Assembly (NCBI GenBank): GCA_951406725.2
Contig: OX597818.1
Location: 89,094,001 to 89,158,000 of the forward strand
Length of the DNA stretch: 64,000 nt
Direction: 5' to 3'
Origin: Octopus vulgaris
Taxonomy: Eukaryota
Shown here: positions 14,890 through 28,875 of the stretch, piece by piece
Position numbering within the stretch: position 1 is the first letter of the stretch
How the letters are laid out: each line of letters starts with the position of its first letter
Position numbers and translations under genes: made by a program
The notes under the pieces: generated by a model
What the model was told of the DNA's origin: nothing
What the model saw: only the letters and a program-made list of their open reading frames with translations
Database searches by the model: none

Positions 14890-15137
14890 TATCAAACTCT
14901 TTTTGACGGGCCCAAAGGTTTTGGTGGAAGGTCGTTTGCGGAAGGTCGTTCAGGTACAATAGAATGTACTTCCTTTCATGCGGACAAGGATTAAACACCT
15001 CACTCCTGCTATTCAGGTAAACATCTTGGCGTTGGGTACCTTGTAAAATCGCTCTCTTCTCAGCCAGGCATAATCTGCTCTTCCTGCTACTATTGATGTA
15101 CATCTTGCATCTTTCTAAGACCCTCCACTTTATACAG
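14890..15137 (-). pseudogene. Penelope-like element GIY-YIG endonuclease C-terminal fragment
   Basis: Translation IKWRVLERCKMYINSSRKSRLCLAEKRAIL...YLNSRSEVFNPCPHERKY resembles the PLE C-terminal pattern IxWxIL..Y....CxLCLxEK..I....LNxRxE....CxH..K. Confidence 0.75.
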
Positions 15138-15234
15138 AACGCGAGAGAGGGAGAGAGAGAAAGGGAGAGAGGAAAAATAGACAGACAGACTGACAGATAG
15201 ATTGGTAGATAGATAGAAAAAAAAAGATACTAGG

Positions 15235-15332
<98 letters not shown>

Positions 15333-15918
15333 TGTTTCTTTATTAGCCACACAGGGCTGCACACAGACGGGACAAATTACAAGGTAGAGCTTTTCTTTTG
15401 GGGGATAAAAAAAGGGGGTTTGGATTTCGATCAAACGGGATCGTAAAAGGAAAGAAAGAGGAAAGCAAAAAAAGGGAGGGGATAAAATTAAAAGCAAAAA
15501 GAAAAAAATCGATCAATAGGGATCGTTATCACAGAAATGTCAATATAAAGTGTAAAGGGGAGGACAGGTAAGGTTTACCCGTGGAAAGAAAAACCTACGG
15601 AAAAGACCACGGTAACCTCGGTCAATGAAGTCACATGTTATATTTTTTTTTACAAATAAGCAACTCTCTGTATTAATTTTTACGGCTCATAGGATCATAG
15701 TCAAGGTGACTTCGTCATTCATACGTGCCATCCTTGCTGCATTAACCCATCTTTTTTTTAAATATTCACTAGACAAAACTTGCCCACAGGTCGGAGATTG
15801 TTGGACACTGCACGATTGCGTGCAGAGCGGTTTCGTCGCTCTGCCCGCATCTCGGGCAGGTCGGCCCCGTGTTTCTCGAGCCATGTCTATAGAGCTTATC
15901 CCGAACGGGTAACGCTTC

Positions 15919-15919
<1 letters not shown>
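15333..15919 (-). mobile_element. 5'-truncated Tx1/L1-clade LINE 3' end inserted in (GATA)n
   Basis: Minus strand LPVRDKLYRHGSRNTGPTCPRCGQSDETALHAIVQC (CCHC knuckle), homologous to 36835-36900. 3' UTR with AATAAA; (GATA)n on both flanks. Confidence 0.85.
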
Positions 15920-15993
<74 letters not shown>

Positions 15994-16163
15994 CAGACAG
16001 AGAGATAAATAGATAGAGATAGATGGATTGATATATAGATAGATACATGTATTTAATGTTTAGGAATAATATTAATATTGAATCGATACATTTTTATAGT
16101 ACATCATATGTATAGGTTACAATTCAGAACCATTTAATGCATGTTATATATATATATATATGT

Positions 16164-16240
<77 letters not shown>

Positions 16241-16403
16241 CATAACGGACATACATAATTCATGTGTGTATATTATATGTTTTGCATTTCAAAACAAAAT
16301 TGTATATGAATTATGTATATATGCAATCAATATATTAAATATCTGATGCGTAATGTGTGCGTATACATACATACATACATACATACATACATACATACAT
16401 ACA

Positions 16404-16437
<34 letters not shown>

Positions 16438-16462
16438 CATATATGTGTATATATATATATAC

Positions 16463-16495
<33 letters not shown>

Positions 16496-16806
16496 TGTAT
16501 GTATGTATGTATGTATGTATGTAGAGGGATGTATCTATATTCATACATATATGTGTATATTATTTTAGGGAGACTGGTTCACGAAGTAAATAAAGCTATA
16601 AAGGACAATGTTTAAATATTGGGTTAGAAACGTAATGCATAGAAATCGAAGGCTGCCCCTAGGACTCGAACACAATCCAGCTGTAGGTTTAACAGCTTTT
16701 CTACAATTATATCAAAGCAACCCAATTTCGATGTCCGTTTTTGTCGTCATAAGGGTTTAGAATCTTCAGGACGTAAGATAATTATTATTGCATACCGAAG
16801 AGAAAA

Positions 16807-17238
16807 TTTACATATGCAGTAAATGCAACTCTAGTGTATAATGAATATTATTAACCACATATACCTTATGTGTATGCTTCGTGTGTGGAGTAGACACATG
16901 GCATGGTGGAGTATACACTCTTATCAACAGGCGAGGTAATTCACCTTCAATCTCATTTAGGAGTGATGGACACCGATGCTTCGCCTTCGACCCTGGCGGG
17001 TACGTGATGATGAATGGCCTCAAAAATGGCGAAACATCGATGCCCATCACTCCCAAATGGCACTGAAGTTGAGTCACCTCGCCTGTTCATGACTTTGAAG
17101 TGTTTTTCAACACCCGACGCGTTGAGATTGTATGTACTCCACCACATTGTTGCAGCCACCGAAAAAACACGCAGCATGTAGCTTACGTATATGTTGTTAA
17201 TAATATTTACTATACTAGAGCTGCTTTAATCTCATATG

Positions 17239-17243
<5 letters not shown>
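16807..17243. repeat. ~440-bp imperfect fold-back (MITE-like hairpin)
   Basis: 16807-16864 pairs with 17187-17243, and 16926-16985 pairs with 17028-17086. Confidence 0.8.
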
Positions 17244-17273
<30 letters not shown>

Positions 17274-17279
<6 letters not shown>

Positions 17280-17792
17280 TGGATCAGCAAAAGTTGCTTC
17301 ACCACATACCGAAATTTAGAAATAGCAGTCAAAACTACTAATTTTTCTACTACAACATATCTCCACAGACAGTAATACTCGTAACTCACATAGGCAAAAA
17401 GAAGAAAAAATAACGAAACTAACCTGCCCTTCGTTAATTATGTACGCGTTTGGGGATTAGAATTTTATAAAATTCATTTTCTTATGAGGAAGGATATAAT
17501 ATTCAAGATTATAAATTTGAAAATGGTAACAAAACTCATGTACGCTCGATCAAGCGACATCGAACATAAAATATAAGAAACAGCATTTCAGTAGATAAAT
17601 TAGTAGTTTTGACTGCTATTTCTAAATTTCGGTATGTGGTGAAACAACTTTTGCTGATCCCTTAATCAAGTTTATAACTATAAAAAAATGTCTTATATAA
17701 GTTTTTACCGATAATGGGTTTTTTTCCATACCGAGCTACTTGGTAAAATTTATTAATTATTAATTTGATAATTATTTACCCTATATCTATGA

Positions 17793-17795
<3 letters not shown>
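17274..17795. mobile_element. TA-flanked PLE pseudo-LTR-like element with internal inverted repeat
   Basis: 17277-17351 is inverted at 17591-17665. Shares TAGAAATAGCAG.CAA with the 43635 element. Confidence 0.6.
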
Positions 17796-17837
<42 letters not shown>

Positions 17838-17854
17838 TATATCTATAATGAATA

Positions 17855-17900
<46 letters not shown>

Positions 17901-18012
17901 TAACCTGGAACAAAATGTCACAAGCTTGCAAACTGAGCAACCCTTCAGATTTGTTACAGTGAATTATAAGCTTATGTCTGTATCTGTGTGTTTGTGTATA
18001 TTTATATTTATG

Positions 18013-18047
<35 letters not shown>

Positions 18048-18049
<2 letters not shown>

Positions 18050-18375
18050 TCAGTGGTTAGAGCGTCGAGCTTACGATCGTGAGGTTGTGAGCTCGAATCC
18101 CGGACCGGGCTGCGTGTCGTGTTCTTGAGCAAGACACTTTATTTCACGTTGCTCCAGTTCACTCAGCTGTAGAAATGAGTTGCGACGTCACAGGTGCTAA
18201 GCTGTATCGGCCCTTGCCTTTCCCTTGGACAACATCGGTGACGTGGAGAGGGGAGGCCGGTATGCATGGGCGACTGCTGGTCTTCCATAAAAAACAACCT
18301 TGCCCAGACTTGTGCGTTAGAGAGTAACTCTCTAGGTGCAAACCCATGGTCAGTGTCTGACCGAAGGGGGTCACC
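18048..18375 (+). mobile_element. tRNA-derived SINE family C
   Basis: CTCAGTGGTTAGAGCG..GCTCGAATCCC head; near-identical to 31168-31500. Confidence 0.9.
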
Positions 18376-20354
18376 ACCATATATATATATATGTTGCATA
18401 CATACATATGTGTGTGTGCGTGTATGTATGTATACACACATACGCACACACATATACATATGTGAATGTATGTATGTATGTATATAAATATATAGAGACT
18501 GAGTGAGTGGGTGAGTGAGTGAGTGAGTGAGCTAGTGAGCGAGTGAGTGAGTGAGTGAGTGAGTGAGTGAGTGAGTGAGTGAGTGAGTGAGTGTGAGTGT
18601 GTGTGTGTGCGCATATGTTTAGGTGTGCATGTAATTGCAGCACCCATGTTTCTACTCATTGTATGCCTGTAACATCTTTCTTACAACCGAACCGATGTTT
18701 CGTTTAGGGTTCTTGTGATTCGGTTCGATGCGGAGCTTCAAGGGGGAAAGCGACTGGAGCGAGTTTACGAGCAGAGTGACTAGTTTCGCATGATAATGCG
18801 CATAAAGTAAGATACCACTTAAGACGTCGAGAAGATCGTCAAAAGCGTGTATCGCTCCCGTAATATAACGCCAGTTAACTGTTTTGCATTCCTCAGGCTA
18901 TATGTGACCAGACTAAAAAACAATAACTCTTTCTCTTCCCGTGAAAAAAATGCGGTTCCATTGGTCAGAAGATTCATCTATCTTCAACGCCCACTACTTA
19001 GAGGAATCAGAATGGCACAGGGAATGTTGCACACGCAAGTGTGAAGGCTGTAACTAGTGGCGGTCTACACTTGGCCAGGTCCCATGCATGCTAGTCTTCT
19101 GTAACCTCCCTAACCTCCATTAAATAGATTGGTGGAACTACGGCCATCCGTGACTAGACTTCGGATTAAAACTGGAGCGGTTTCCCGTTGCCTTCCACAT
19201 GCATGTGGGATTTGAACTCAGAATGTAGAGATCCAACGCACAAAAGATTCTGGCACTCTTCCACCCATAGAGTAATGCGAAATGAAGTGTTTTACTCAAG
19301 GACACAACACAGCGCTTGCTTCGGGAATCGAACCTACGATCTAGCGATCGTGAATGCAACACCCGAACAAATAGGCGCCGCGCCTTCATTAAGTCCGCAA
19401 CATCCGAAGAGATTTCTGAACGGGTTAGAGAACAGATATGGTCATATGATCGTCCTTTGTCAGGCATGTCTTTCTGGGTGTGAGATGTCTTTACAGTCAT
19501 TTTGGCACCGCCTGTTTCGCGATGTTGATTCTATGCTGTCTTAGTTGACATTACTTGTTTTAATGTTTCTATTGTTCTCTATCACTCTTTTTTCTCTCTT
19601 TCCCCTACTCTCTTCCTCTCTTTCCCTCTCTCTGTCTCCCTGTCTCTATCTCTTTACATCTCTCTTTATTTCTCTCCCTCTCTCTTTCTGTTTATGTGTA
19701 TGAGCATATTTCACTTTATGTATCTGAGGAGAGGGAATTTGTTGATTTCAGTCGATTTTAAGCTCACTCTCTTCCCCACTGTCTCTCTCCACTCTCGCTC
19801 CCCAATCTCTCTCTCCACTCTCCCTCCCCACTTTCTCTCTCTCTCTCACTCTTTCTATCTTCATGTCTATATTTCTGTGCGTGCTCGTGTGTGTGTGTCG
19901 TGGTCGTGGTGGTAGTCATGGTGTTGGTGCTGGTAATGGTATTGATGGTAGTGTATGTGATTTGATGGACGTGGCCATTACAAAGATTTATTACCATGCG
20001 AAGGGATTTTACATCGAGTTCGAAAATACCTAATGTGTATGTATGTATGTATATGTATGCATGCATGTATGTATGTATGCATTCATGTATGCGTGTATGT
20101 ATATATGAATGCATGTATGTATATATGAATGTGTATGTATATATGTATGTGTATGTATTATGAATGTATGTGCTCTCACTAAATAGACATATGCACATAT
20201 ACGGAAATTGAAAGACAGACAGACAGGCACAGACACAGGCGTACAAACTCAGACACACAAACACACAGACATATAGATAGATAGACAGACAAACAGACAG
20301 ACATACAGACAGACATACATACATACAGACAGACAGACGGACAGACAGATAGAC

Positions 20355-20452
<98 letters not shown>

Positions 20453-20542
20453 TTGGATGGATTGGTGGATGGATGGACGGACGGACGGACGGACGAACGA
20501 ACAGGCAGAAATACAGCCAGACAAATAGACTGATGGACAGAC

Positions 20543-20685
<143 letters not shown>

Positions 20686-21387
20686 TGACCAAGAATAGAG
20701 ACAGCAAGACAGATTGATAGAGAGAACAAAATGATGATAGTGACACTTCTGGAAAATTCCAGCTTTGACCATTAATCTCCAAAGTTGGATCGTATCAAAA
20801 CAAGCATGAAAAACGAGGATTACAGTAGCGTTATAAAAATATAATGCTGATAATTTATATTCATTTGAATGCAATACCGTCTCGCTTCCAATACAAAACC
20901 GTTCTGCTTACGTCCTTAAGGTTTTGTTAGTTGTAGTGGCAGATGCGACCAAGTTGCATCTGAGACAGCGACACGTGATATTAGTAAATTGGACAATCTT
21001 TAAGCTCGGGGAAAAAGCATTTGTGACGTGGAGAGAAATAGAGTTTCTTATCAAAATGGCCGAAGTTGTATTTACTATTAGCGGCCATTTTGTTATTTTG
21101 ATTATGAATAATTAAATAGGCCTTACGATGTAATCTCCTTTCGCCGTATAAGCCGGCTCTCTGTGTGTATATGTCTTCATGTATGCATGTTTGTATGTGT
21201 GTACGTATATCCCCTTGTGCATTAGTTTGTATGTTTCTCGACGTGACATCCCTATCCGTGTATATATGTGTTTATGTGCGTATGCACACACAAATACATA
21301 CATATATATGCATAAATACATACATATATGTGTATATACAAATACATACATATATGTGTACATACAAATACATACATGTACATTGGC

Positions 21388-21431
<44 letters not shown>

Positions 21432-21559
21432 CTGGTGCTAGAAACACCAGTGATAATAATTAATTTTATTTTATCGCATTCTGACTTTGTATATATATAT
21501 ATATATATATATATACATACGTGTATACATACTCACACAGACATATGTATATGTATGTA

Positions 21560-21618
<59 letters not shown>

Positions 21619-21783
21619 CGTGTATACACACTCACACAGACATATGTATATGTATATATATATATATATATATATCCATTAATGAAATTAAAGGGCTTCA
21701 CGTTTCACATCGCTATATGAGACTTCATTATCGGAAGGTAACATATAGCTTTTTATGCAGTTTCAGATAATTTCTTTTAACTA

Positions 21784-21828
<45 letters not shown>

Positions 21829-23339
21829 TTCATACATACATACATACATACATACATACATACATACATACATACATACATACATACATTCATACATACA
21901 TACATACATACATACATACATACATACATACATACATACATACATACATACATACATACATACATACATACATACATACATACATACATACATACATACA
22001 TTCATACATACTCACTCATCTGTACCCTTACATGTATTCATTAAAAAAATAAAGTCTTTCTACAAAACCACATAATTCAATCAAAAATATATACACCTTG
22101 AACAGAAGAATTTTTTTTAAACAGAATTATTCGTAATTCAGTAGTGACTACGCTTTATTTATGCAACAAATAAAGAATACGGTATAGTATAAAATAAAAA
22201 AGGTGCTGATGGTTTTGTTATAGGCGCAGTATGGTTGAATGGCTAAGAAGTTTGCTTCGTAACCTCGAGGTTCCGGGTTCAATGCCATCGTGTTGTATCG
22301 TGGAAATACATCATTTTTTTATCACCTCAAATCGACCAGTCTTCATAAGCGGAACTTTGTAGACCAAACCTTTATAAGAATTGTATCTGTAATTCATCGG
22401 TACAACCTTATCACACACTGATTCACGTTGATTCTGCATAAGAATGATCGAGACTGTTCCATTTTCCTTAAGTAAATATGGACACAATTTTCACCAAACC
22501 GCAATGACGCATATATATTTAATACCTTCCCAGGTTTCTCTTAATAGCATTTTTTATTTCTTGTGTAACGTAATTTTACCAGAATTGTTTGACGGGCTGG
22601 TGTATATATCATTAGTCCCTCTAATCAACCGCCTTAATGTTGATTCTAAGATAATATGCTTGAAAATGGAAACAAATTCTTGACCCTCGAACCGTAATCA
22701 TTAAGTCATGCTTGGTGGAATGAAAAGAACTTCAACAGATACCCATGGGAAATAGAGAGTTGGAAATGACAAGGTGCGTTGACCGAAAACATGACAGACT
22801 CAAGCTTCAAATAATTCTCCATGCAGTAACATTTAACAGCAAGGAAAGAATGTTCCAGCATACCATTCAGTAAAGAAAGTCTGTGTTACCCAAGCTTTCA
22901 TGTTTTAGATTGTCACGTAAGATACGGATTAGATTTGTAGAGGCTATTCGTTTACTTTAATGCTTCAAATGAACAAACAACGGTTTAGGTTTCAAATCTT
23001 CGGTGACAATTGCTCCTAACAACAAAGCGAGACAATATTCTACTGCTTTATATTCTGTTGTTAGCGAGTTGGACAAACTATCAGCGATATTTCATCCGGC
23101 TTCTTACATTCTGAGTTCAAATTCCGCAGAAATAAACTTTGCCTTTCGTCCTTTCGGGTTCGATGAAATGAACAACACTCGAATTCTGTAGTTGATACAA
23201 TCGACAAGCCCTCTCCATATCTAATTCCCGGCGTTGAGTCTAAAATAGAAACGATGTGTAAGAACGTGTGTATATCCTAACATGCTTGATAAATAATATT
23301 AACATCTCAAACATACATAAATACATATAAACACATATG

Positions 23340-23386
<47 letters not shown>

Positions 23387-23420
23387 GCACACATATTTAT
23401 ATAGATAGATAGATAGATAT

Positions 23421-23495
<75 letters not shown>

Positions 23496-24491
23496 TACGT
23501 ATACGCACGCATACACATACATATGCGTGTGTGTGTGTGTGTGTGTGTAATAGTATTTGATACAGAGATAGAATCATGAATTCATATTAATAATGCAATA
23601 CTAAAAATATTCTTAGGGTAGGGCTACCTTTGGTTTCTGATTCCCACTGCTCTTTCAATCTTTCTGCCTCTACTTACTCAGATTGAGCAAATTTTGAATT
23701 TGTCTGTGCCTATCCTTGTGCAGGTGTGTGTGTGTGTGCGTGTTTGTTCCTTTAGAATTATGCTACCAACGTTAAATAACAGTAACAATATCATTAGCTA
23801 CTTTGAATATTACTAGCAATAAGCATAAATGCAGCTTCACTCAAATGGACTTTTGTTTCCCCTCGCTTTATCTCTAAAACGTTACTATGTCTTTGTTATT
23901 ACGAAAAACTATGATGAAATAGATAGTTATGACACAGGTATAATACTACATTCTGGATAAATCCTGCTGCTCAATAAGAGCTCCAAATGATTTTTTTTTA
24001 AATGCCTCCTTTAACAGGTTCTTTTCACATAAGCATGATGCCTTATAACAGCGTAAGTATACGTAATCTAACAGGGCTGTGAAGCTTAGACGTACTCATC
24101 CAGAAAATTTCTACATAAACATAGACGAAGGCTTAGCTCTGAAAAAAAAACATTGATAGGTTTTAACCAACTTAAAGAATGTTATCCACACTTTTACCAT
24201 ATCCACCCTTCACATTATATATCTACTCACCTAAATGTTTTTAACTTCTTTAATATTACACTCGAGCAACCACTAACTTACACAACCTTTCAGAAAAAAA
24301 ATACGTGTAGTGATTGCGTGTTTCGCTATCAAAAGGGTGAGATTGTCTCCCCTTTTATAGAAGGATGTTTTCGTGAATTCTCTGTGTTACATGTGGATGA
24401 TAATTAGATGCCGAAGGTTAGTAAGGAATAAGGGATTGTATCATAAGCATAGGAGTAGATATTGTTAGAGTTAACAGTAATTAGGGCATTG

Positions 24492-24785
24492 TGGAGGCAC
24501 ATGACCTAGTGGTTAGAGCAGCGAACTCGCGGGTTCGAATCTCAGACCGGGCGATGTGTGTGTTTATGAGTTAAACACCTAAGCTCCACGCGGCTCCGGC
24601 AGAAAGTAATGGCGAACTTCTGCTGACTCTTTCGCCACAACTTTCTCTCACTCTTTCCTCCTGCATATTGCAGCTCACCTGTGACGGACCGGCGTCCCGT
24701 CCAGGTAGGGGAACCTTTACGCCAAGGAAACCGGGAAACCGGCCCTTATGAGCCAGGTATGGCTCGAGAAGAAACAAACAAACAA
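24492..24785 (+). mobile_element. tRNA-derived SINE family D
   Basis: GGAGGCACATGACCTAGTGGTTAGAGC..GGTTCGAATC head and (AAAC)n tail. Related to 29380-29562(-), 51083 and 62112. Confidence 0.85.
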
Positions 24786-25419
24786 TTAGTGCATTGACGA
24801 ATGGAAGGAATATTGTAGAGGACAAAACCGAACGTCAGAATTCGAAGTGTGGGTTATAATTCCGTCACACGTCACGAAGGTGCAATCTGACTATAATCCA
24901 TTTATCGATGAGATGAGAGACGAATGGAGCGCAACAATCTATCTAATATTAGTATATAATAAATATATGTACATACACATGTTTATATAATTATGCATAG
25001 ACACGGGCATATATATAAATAATTGTTATTAGAAGTACTCTGATATATATATACATATGTGTATTCATATATGTGTATGTATGTGTATGAGAATTTATAG
25101 TTTCTCTCATCCTTATGTAACATCAATGTCACCACATCAGAAGTCATAGCAGCACAGTTACCGCCCTTCTTTTGATCTGATTTCCAGCCAGCTTTCTGTT
25201 ATTTGCCATACACACGGCATTATGGCGTCGGAGTTTTGAATATTTAATGTACAGTATAGACTTTAAAATGAATTAACTGACTACACATCTACATTCAGAG
25301 AGACGGTAAGATATATGGACAGAGAGATGGAGAGAGAGAGAGATAAAGGCTGTAACTTCGGTTGCTATAGCTAATGATATATGGTGTGTGTGTGTTTGTG
25401 TGTACATATACATATATAC

Positions 25420-25450
<31 letters not shown>

Positions 25451-25479
25451 CATGCATACATATATGTATATACATACAT

Positions 25480-25524
<45 letters not shown>

Positions 25525-25532
25525 CATGTATG

Positions 25533-25586
<54 letters not shown>

Positions 25587-25592
25587 TATATA

Positions 25593-26452
25593 CGTGGTCT
25601 GATCAATAAGTATCTGGACTGTTGTCATAGTAACGAAGCTAAAGTACGCAGATTAAAATCGCTTGGCACAGATTGACCTTGAACTCTGTATGCGCACTAA
25701 GTTTTAATGTTCTAGCTCACTTCCGTTGTTTACAGCAGTGCTTGGAAGGAACGTGTGTTGCGTGCGATCGTCCCATTGACTCTGAATCTCCATCAATTTT
25801 TGCCAAAAGCTCAGAGATCTACGCAAAGTTGCTGAAAGTGTATGGAGAGGAATGTATGAGCCGAAAAACATCGATAGTGACGAGCGTTCTGGGAGACCTA
25901 CAACCAACAGAACTGAGAAAAAAATCGCAGATGTGCGAGCAGCTGTGAGGGGAAATCATCAAATCATCATCTGTGAGTTATCAGAGGATGTGCAGATTAA
26001 TTACGGTTCAGTTCAGTCCTTTATCACTGGAGATTTGGGTATGAGACGCGTGTCTACCAAGTTTGTGCCAAAGCTGCTTTTAGCTGACAACGCACCTGCC
26101 TATTCAGCGCAGCTTGTGCAGCAGATTTTGGCTAGGCACAGCATTCCCTAGGACCGACAGTCACTGAATTCCCTAAATCTCGCCCCTTGTGACTTTTTCC
26201 TCTTTCCAAAAATTAAATCCCGCTTGACAGGAAGATTTCAGGACGTCGAGGAAATCGAAGTGAATGCGACGACGCAGATTTTGTTTATTCCAGAAAACCA
26301 CTTCCACGAACGCATCCATCAATGGAAACAGCTCTAGATTAAGTGTGTGGGTTCCAAAGGGGACTTCTTTGAAGCAGATTAAATGCCAAATTGGTACGTG
26401 TTGAAGTTTTGTTTTTATAGCACCAGTCCGAGTACTTACTGATCAGACCTCG
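25593..26452 (+). mobile_element. Internally deleted mariner transposon
   Basis: TIRs CGTGGTCTGATCAATAAGTATCTGGACTG / CAGTCCGAGTACTTACTGATCAGACCTCG with TA flanks. Transposase motifs ERSGRP, KFVPKLL, DNAPAY, LAPCDFFLFPKIK; frameshift, stops and a central deletion. Confidence 0.95.
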
Positions 26453-26471
26453 TATATATATATATATATAT

Positions 26472-26614
26472 ACCGGAGTAAACACATAAATGTGATGCAA
26501 GGTGGAAAAAAGAGTACTCAAATACCAGTGGTAGAGTAATATGCTTTATTTAAAGCAGCAGAAAATTCAACAAAACCTGTTACTCTGAGTTTCCCGTTTC
26601 CGTACGTCGGACAG
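26472..26614 (-). mobile_element. Short TA-flanked repeat with decayed hammerhead (homologue at ~49975-50095)
   Basis: Minus strand CTGT-CCGACGT-ACGGAAACGG-GAAAC-TCAGA-GTA-ACAG; homologue CTGT-CTAGCAA-ATGGGAACGT-GAAAC-CCACA-GTA-ACAG. Confidence 0.6.
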
Positions 26615-26815
26615 ATATATATTATATTAAATTAGAGATAAAACCACTATTAGGCAAATCAAACGGTGAAAATCATAAGCCAATACATAGAAATAAAATT
26701 AATTAAAAAGTATAAAAAATATAAAATATAAAATATAAAAATCCAATTAAGATATTGAAATTAAAGTTAAATTTTTTTTAAATGATTTAAATTAATAAAT
26801 TAAACTTATAAATTT

Positions 26816-26850
<35 letters not shown>

Positions 26851-27250
26851 TTATTTTATTTTTTTAATTTTAAACTATCAAAGAGTATTTACTCTTTATC
26901 TTATATTAAACTTTTAGTGTTTTACTCTTTATCTTATATTAAACTTTTAATACTTTTTGATAGTTTAAAATTTAAAAAATAAATAAATAAATAAATAAAG
27001 TAATAATAAAAAAATATATATATATATATATAGATATATATATATATATTTAAAATTTATGAGTTTAATTTATTAATTTAATTTTTTTTTAAATTTTAAC
27101 TTTAATTTAAATATTTTAATTGGATTTTTAGATTTTAGATTTTATATTTTTTATATTTTTTAATTAATTTTATTTCTATGTATTGGCTTATGATTGTCAC
27201 TGTTTGATTTGCCTAATAGTGGTTTTATCTCTAATTTAATATAATATATA
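26615..27250. repeat. ~635-bp AT-rich fold-back
   Basis: ATTAAATTAGAGATAAAACCACTATTAGGCAAATCAAAC (26625) is inverted at about 27203-27240, and pairing continues inward to about 26930. Confidence 0.85.
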
Positions 27251-27326
27251 TTTATACAATAAAATTAGATTTAATCCTAAATCTAATTTTTCCCTGTAAG
27301 TTTGGATTTACTCCCGAATATTTTAT

Positions 27327-27388
<62 letters not shown>

Positions 27389-27455
27389 CAGAGAGAGAGA
27401 GACAGAGAGAGAGAGGCAGAGAGAGAGACACAGAGAGAGACAGAGAGAGAGATAA

Positions 27456-27488
<33 letters not shown>

Positions 27489-27626
27489 CACACACATAAA
27501 TATGTGTGTGTGTGCGTGCGTGTGTTTGAGTGTGTGTGCGTGTGCGTGTTCGTGTGTGTGTGTATAAGAACATTGTTATTCATTAGAAATAATAATGTTA
27601 ATTGCCGCAAGCATAAAACCGTACAG

Positions 27627-27704
<78 letters not shown>

Positions 27705-28341
27705 TATACATATATAGGGTACTACAATTAGGGTATTAACATGCATCAGCTTTGCTAAAAGTAGGAGTCATAAAAATCTCCGACGGCATGGTAATCATCA
27801 CTAAATTTTTACAGGCATAGTGGAAAAAAAACTAAGTGAATAAGAATTGTGTTGCTTCTGCAAAATTGTTAAAGAAATGGCAGTTAATCTAGTATTATAA
27901 TTTCGAATTTAGCGCCAAAGAGCACTCGATTCTTTTCAGCCAGATCTACTCGTAACAATACTGGTAAATTCATTTTCCAATGCCTGTGTGCATCCAAGTG
28001 CCTCAGCCTCATTGGAAAAAGAAACGAACCATGTGCGAGCTAAATTATTATAAGATTCCATATTAACAAAGATTCCAGAGTAACAAAGATCTGCTCCCAC
28101 CATACATGCATATATCAAGTTGACTGGGACTTCACAATATATTTAATTCTAGTAAATGGTTCGCAGTTATTCTTAAAAGTGCTTTAAAATATTAACCATT
28201 CTATTCTATCGAAGACTGTCGGCTCGAAGCGTCAAAGATATCTTCCATTTTTCCTGAGCGTCAAACATGTTTGTTGTTCCCTAATATGTCTCTGTCTTCT
28301 GTTTTGTGGGTGTTGTACAATTTTGAACCATATATATATAT

Positions 28342-28375
<34 letters not shown>

Positions 28376-28444
28376 TGTGTTATATATACATACTTACATA
28401 CATATATACATACATACACTCATACATACATACATACATATGTA

Positions 28445-28570
<126 letters not shown>

Positions 28571-28669
28571 TATTGCATATACATACATATATTATTCTTA
28601 TATATAAACGTGTGTTTGTATATGCGTAATATGTGTATGTGTATATAAATACTTATATACATACATATA

Positions 28670-28875
28670 TCTTCTTCTAATAGCACAAGGCCTGAAATTT
28701 TGGGGGAGGGGTCGAGTCGATTACATTGATCCCTGTACTCGAGTGGTTCTTATTTTATCGACATTGAAAGTGTGAAAGACAAATTCAACCTCGGCGGAAA
28801 TTGAAACCGGCACGTAAAGACGAACGAAACGCTGTTAAGCTTTTTGCCTGGCGTGTTAGCGATTCTGCCAGCCCA
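28670..28875 (-). mobile_element. SINE family B, diverged
   Basis: CCTCGGCGGAAATTGAA..GGCGTGTTAGCGATTCTGCCAGC matches family B. Confidence 0.75.

Noticed and set aside
18048-18110. tRNA genes (also 24492, 31168, 51083)
   Set aside because: The A/B-box heads continue into shared SINE bodies and give no convincing cloverleaf.
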